Positions 33,521 through 64,000 of a DNA stretch of 64,000 bases are shown here, in pieces. Location of the stretch: assembly GCA_050575255.1 (NCBI GenBank), contig JBNZDD010013683.1, forward strand, positions 2,021,455 to 2,085,454. Direction: 5' to 3'. Origin of the DNA: Harriotta raleighana. Taxonomy: Eukaryota. Each line of letters begins with the position of its first letter. The stretch's first letter is position 1. The translations under genes were made by a program, and so were the position numbers. The notes under the pieces were generated by a model, which saw only the letters and a list, made by a program, of their open reading frames with translations, did not search any database and had not been told where the DNA came from.

Positions 33521-36329
33521 TGGGTGATGGCTTCTTGTGGTAAATCCTTTCTGCTTTTTGAATGACTGTAGGCCATGCGAGTACCTTCCCGGCTTGTGCA
33601 GTTTTAACTTGTGAAACCTATCCCGCCAAATGAACCCACGGTAAGGGTGGTAATGTGGAGTCCGTGCAACATTTGACTCTTGATTGTGCTGAATCTGAAT
33701 GGACGATAAATGTTCCATCAGTTAGTTGGCCACGTAGATTTATTTCTATTTCCAGGTGATGGAGCTGTTACACAAGCCGTCAAAATAAAGATAGTGGATT
33801 TAAACTTGGTGGGCGGGACCACAATGACCCGTATTGGACTGACTTGTGTAAAGTGCAGCCATTTTCACCACCCAGGGCCCTTGCCTATACAGTACTGTGA
33901 AGCATCAGTTTGGAATAGGTTAATTACTCGCTCTGAAAGCACAATGTGCAGTAAACAGGGCGATTACAGTAAACAAGTCCTGTAATCTCCCTCAACCTAA
34001 TGATAATTTATGTTTTTTTTTGGTGGGGGTGTGGAGGGAAGGTAAGCAGCATCACTGGGCAGTGGGATAGCTCCAAGGTGACACACTTGCTTGGTAACAC
34101 TATTCAGACAAGTCCGCAGTATTGCTGATGACAGAACAAGTAGTGTGGCTCATTGGCAGAATTTGGAGCAGCAGACCACTCAATGTGGGCAGGGATTTGT
34201 CCGACTCAGCTCCTGTTAATCCTATAGAACAAAGCTATAACTGTTGGGATGGTCCTAGATGGGAGAACAAAATGGGAGGCTTGCCAGACAGTGCATTCAA
34301 TAGCAAGATGTGTGGTTTTAGCTGGTTGAACTCCTGGAGCACCCACACACAACTGAGTTTTTGTGCCTTGAATTTTGGGTTGGTGCTTGCCAACTTGTGC
34401 TATAACACCCAGGAATTGAGTAAACACGGTGCATTTCCCGAGAGAGAGTGAGTGCGTCTTTATTCCATACTGAGAAATTTTCATGAGTGAGTTGCAAACT
34501 TATTGCATTGGCTACTTAGGTATGGTGATGGATTTCTGCATGTGTCAGACACCTGGATGATCCCAGAAAATTAAATTGATGATTCAGGAATTATTGCTTT
34601 CACAGTTGCCACTTGCATTTGTATCTCACCAAATATCAAAACTGTTATTCACACTTTTGTTACCTCCTGCCAAAACTTGGCAACAAACTGGCTCTAATGG
34701 ACCCCCTACCTACACTAGCCATAAACTTGAGTAAATTCAAAATTCCCTAGCAAAGTGCACACCATCATGACAGTCCTCACCTGGCTTCTAACAGATCAAT
34801 TTCTGTTACTACTTCCTGAGTCTTGTACTGCATTCCTGACCCAACAACAACAAAATTACATTGATATTTATATTGATACATTTCATGTCAGAAGGACAAT
34901 CCATACAGGATGATGTAGAAAGGAATTGCAATATACCTGTAGAAAGGAACTTTTTCAGTTTCTGTAGTTTGTAAATTGTCTGACAATGTCTAATGCAACG
35001 CTTATCGACCCTTATACATTCAGCGTATCTTTATGGTCTTCTGTGTAGTCTTGGCTGTCTTCAAGTGGCACAGTAATTTGCTGCATCACAAGAGTGCTTT
35101 TGTTTCATTGGGAAAAGAAGAGTATGTGGATAATATTTCATTTATTTTAGAATAGTCTCTTTGGCGAGGGGTTGATTGAATAACCCACCACAATGCAACA
35201 TCATCATGAGTGATTCATGTGAAGTTGCTTTGCATTCTTGCAGTCTTTTATTTTCCTTCATCATTGTTATTTCCATCTTGCTAGGTTGTTGTGTTTCAAA
35301 TTTCCTATAGTGAGATTTGTTTGCTTTCTTTCCTCTTGTGGCTCTTGTTCTATTCCCCACTTCCACTATGTTTGCTAAGGTTACTTCAAGCTTTTTAAAA
35401 AAAATTCTAGTGATTAGGATGCCTTGAAATCTATTCCTTTTAATAGAGCTAGAGGGAGCAATTTTTGAATGTCAACAATGGTAAATCATGTTGGGAGGAA
35501 GGTTTAGAGCAGCAAGGTTGATCGTCACAAGGCAACTTACCTGTGACTGCCTCTGATAGCTGGAGTAAAACTTTTATGGATCTCACTAAGTTAATGGTTT
35601 TTTAAAAAAAGTGATGAGTAATATTGTCCTGTAGAGTGTAGAGTCCTGTAGCTTAGTGGTTGGATCACTCGCGTCGCTAGCGTGACGTGCTTGTCTCAAA
35701 GACATGATATCTGTAAAGATTGCAAATGCAGATTGTTATGGGGGAAAAAGGGGTCACACAGAGCTCAAAAGGATATAGAGCAGCAAGCAGTTAAGACAAA
35801 GCATTCATTTTCTCTATGAAAATAATGTTTAATGTAAAGATTTTGTATTGCAGCATTTAAAAATTGTGAATACAGTGAAGCCAAGATGAAAATGGAGTAG
35901 TGCAAGACTATTTTCATTTGATATGTAATCATTGTCGTGCTATTTATTTTAAGAGGAACCTCTTTGTTTTATTTACGTTGAAATTTCAGGGTTAATGAGG
36001 GGGTTATATGATGGAAATGTAACATTCTCTCCCTCTTATGTACTAAGCAATATTAATTTCTCACTTAGAACCAGATTCAGTCAGCCAGCTCATTTTACAT
36101 ATGGGATATTTCTGCGACAAATTAAGAATCATTAATCTAGCAATTCTTGCATTTGATTAGCTGTTTTGTCTACACTAGTTATAGCATTTGAAAAGTAACT
36201 AGTTGTTGATTAATTCATGATATTATATTTGTATTAAATTAATGTAAACTTTGTATAATCCCATTTCAGATTTCTGTTGTTATGAGAGGTTGTAGAACTG
36301 GCAGATCAACAGTGTTGGAAAACTGAGGT

Positions 36330-36700
36330 TTGACAGTGTAGGAACATGCAATACAATATTACATTAGTAAAGTGCCTTTCATGTTGGGAGGATGTTCCAA
36401 CAGTCAGGGATTGGGGAATAAGACCTGAACAGGTATTGAGGATCAGCATCAGGTAGGGAGGAGAGAGGATGTGGGATTGAGTTCCAAGGGGCTGGGACAG
36501 TGAGGCTCCAGGACCTCCCATGGTGGGGCGGGCTGGTCGGGAGAATTGGAGCAGACTGGAGCCTGCAGAGCAAGGAGAGAAGACAGGTTGATAACTGGTT
36601 AGCAGGTCAGAGAAGTAGGAGGGATGGGTCAATAGAGGCAAGACTGTTAATGTATGCCAGAAATTAAAAATTACAGGTTGAGCCAGATTAGGTAAAGAAA
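36330..36700 (-). mobile_element. Degenerate L2-like LINE 3' fragment
   Basis: The reverse strand reads ...GRSWSLTVPAPWNSIP..., resembling the GxRxFSxxAPxLWNSLP motif at LINE ORF2 C-termini. Confidence 0.5.
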
Positions 36701-37539
36701 TCAGCACATGGGAGAAGAGCAGCGGTGGTCAGCTGAGGAAAAAGGATGTGAAATTTCTATTGACTGATTGTTCAGAATGCACAAAAGACATTGGGCTAGA
36801 AGAAGAGTATCATGCAAAAAGTTTGAACAATAACAACAAAAATACATTTATATAGTGCCTTTCACGTCGGGAGAGCTTCCCAATGTGCTTGAAAGTCAAT
36901 TATTTAAATTTGGGGGGGGAAATTTACCAAGGTGACAAACTGATATTTGACTCCATTAAACTGCAATTTATTTGAAGCTTGCACATTCTAATCTTGAGTA
37001 GTTAAGTTTCATAAATGAGGTTGTGAACCACTTCTGAATAGAATTGAAACCTCTGTTCTGGGCCATTGGCAAGTGGGTTTGCTTACTTTAATATTTGAGG
37101 CAGTTAGATCTGAGAGTTTCAGCAGGAAGTGAAATCTGCATCTCATCTATACAGTACTTGTTTAAGATTTGTAGGAGCTTATTACAGTCTTTCTGACTAG
37201 TGCTATACTGAAACTGCTTTAATCTTCAGAAGTAAAGATATTGATTTTGATTCCTGGAAACATGTAATTCAGTTGCTCTAGAGCAGGTTGATCTACCATC
37301 ATTTTAAAACTTTTTTTTAAGTAGATATATTACCTTGCAAAGGCAAGCTAAGACAATCTTGTTCTACTCTCAGTATTTCAGGAGCAAACGTAACTGATTA
37401 TGAAGGCGGAGTAGAATCTTTTGAAGAGAATTGGAAAGCAATAGACTCTAATCGTGAATATAGACTAATGAATGTTTATTAATTATTCTTGCTCTCTGAC
37501 AGGAATAAGACTACTCAGTGAACATACCACATTGTCATC

Positions 37540-63508
<25,969 letters not shown>

Positions 63509-63683
63509 GTAATGTGTACATTTCTGAGAATTTCTCCAGATATCTTATTCGCATTTTTTGTAGTCTCAGGACAATTCCCTCACTGTTGGATATACAATAC
63601 GTTAATTGTTATTGCTCTTGTACAATACACTAGCAGATTTCTTATTAAATATTTTATGATGTGTTGGAGACTCTCAACGTAAA

Positions 63684-64000
63684 CAGCAAAACCTTGTTTA
63701 TCAGTGACTCGATTAACCGGAAAATCCTTTCAACCGCCATCTCAAAAAAAGTTCAGTTTCGATTAACCGGAAGTTATCCGGCGTATAGTGATGACCCGTT
63801 TAATGTCGGGTCAAAACTCGTTCCTGCTTCTTTTAAGTCGCTTTTTTTTTTAACCTCCTTTGCTGCCGTTGCGAAGTTATTTAGTCCATTATTAATTTGG
63901 TAAGTGTTAAAATAATTTATAATTTTTTTGAAAAAATTAGTTTTGAAAAAATTGTTTTTAAAACAACCCCGTTCAACCGGAAATCCGTTTAACCACCACT
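63684..64000 (-). mobile_element. MITE copy 4, same orientation as copy 3, cut by the window end
   Basis: CAGCAAAACCTTGTTTATCAGTGAC...gttcaaccggaaatccgtttaaccaccact parallels copy 3. Confidence 0.75.

Overview
Vertebrate genomic DNA, not prokaryotic. The repeat content (Deu-type and tRNA-derived SINEs, CR1/L2 tails, a Penelope-like end) and compact introns suggest a cartilaginous fish, possibly a chimaera; this is inference. Two spliced + strand genes lie in the tandem order known from human 11p11.2: the 3' two-thirds of LRP4 (23 coding exons from 526 to the stop at 22925, then a ~3.5 kb 3'UTR) and most of CKAP5/ch-TOG (CpG-island promoter near 32.0-33.5 kb, non-coding exon 1, ATG at 37540, running off the window end). 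A CKAP5 intron hosts SNORD67, the U6 C60 methylation guide. Best leads: (1) two phase-compatible cryptic exons in the last LRP4 intron that would replace the PDZ-binding tail; (2) a 24-nt frame-preserving CKAP5 microexon with neural splicing signals; (3) inverted MITE copies bracketing three phase-0 CKAP5 exons, a possible stop-free circRNA; (4) a 76-bp inverted repeat before the LRP4 NPxY exon; (5) a hammerhead-like relic in a Penelope-like end; (6) a divergent CTCF motif pair. Exon boundaries were read by eye from GT-AG sites and reading frame; repeat boundaries are approximate.
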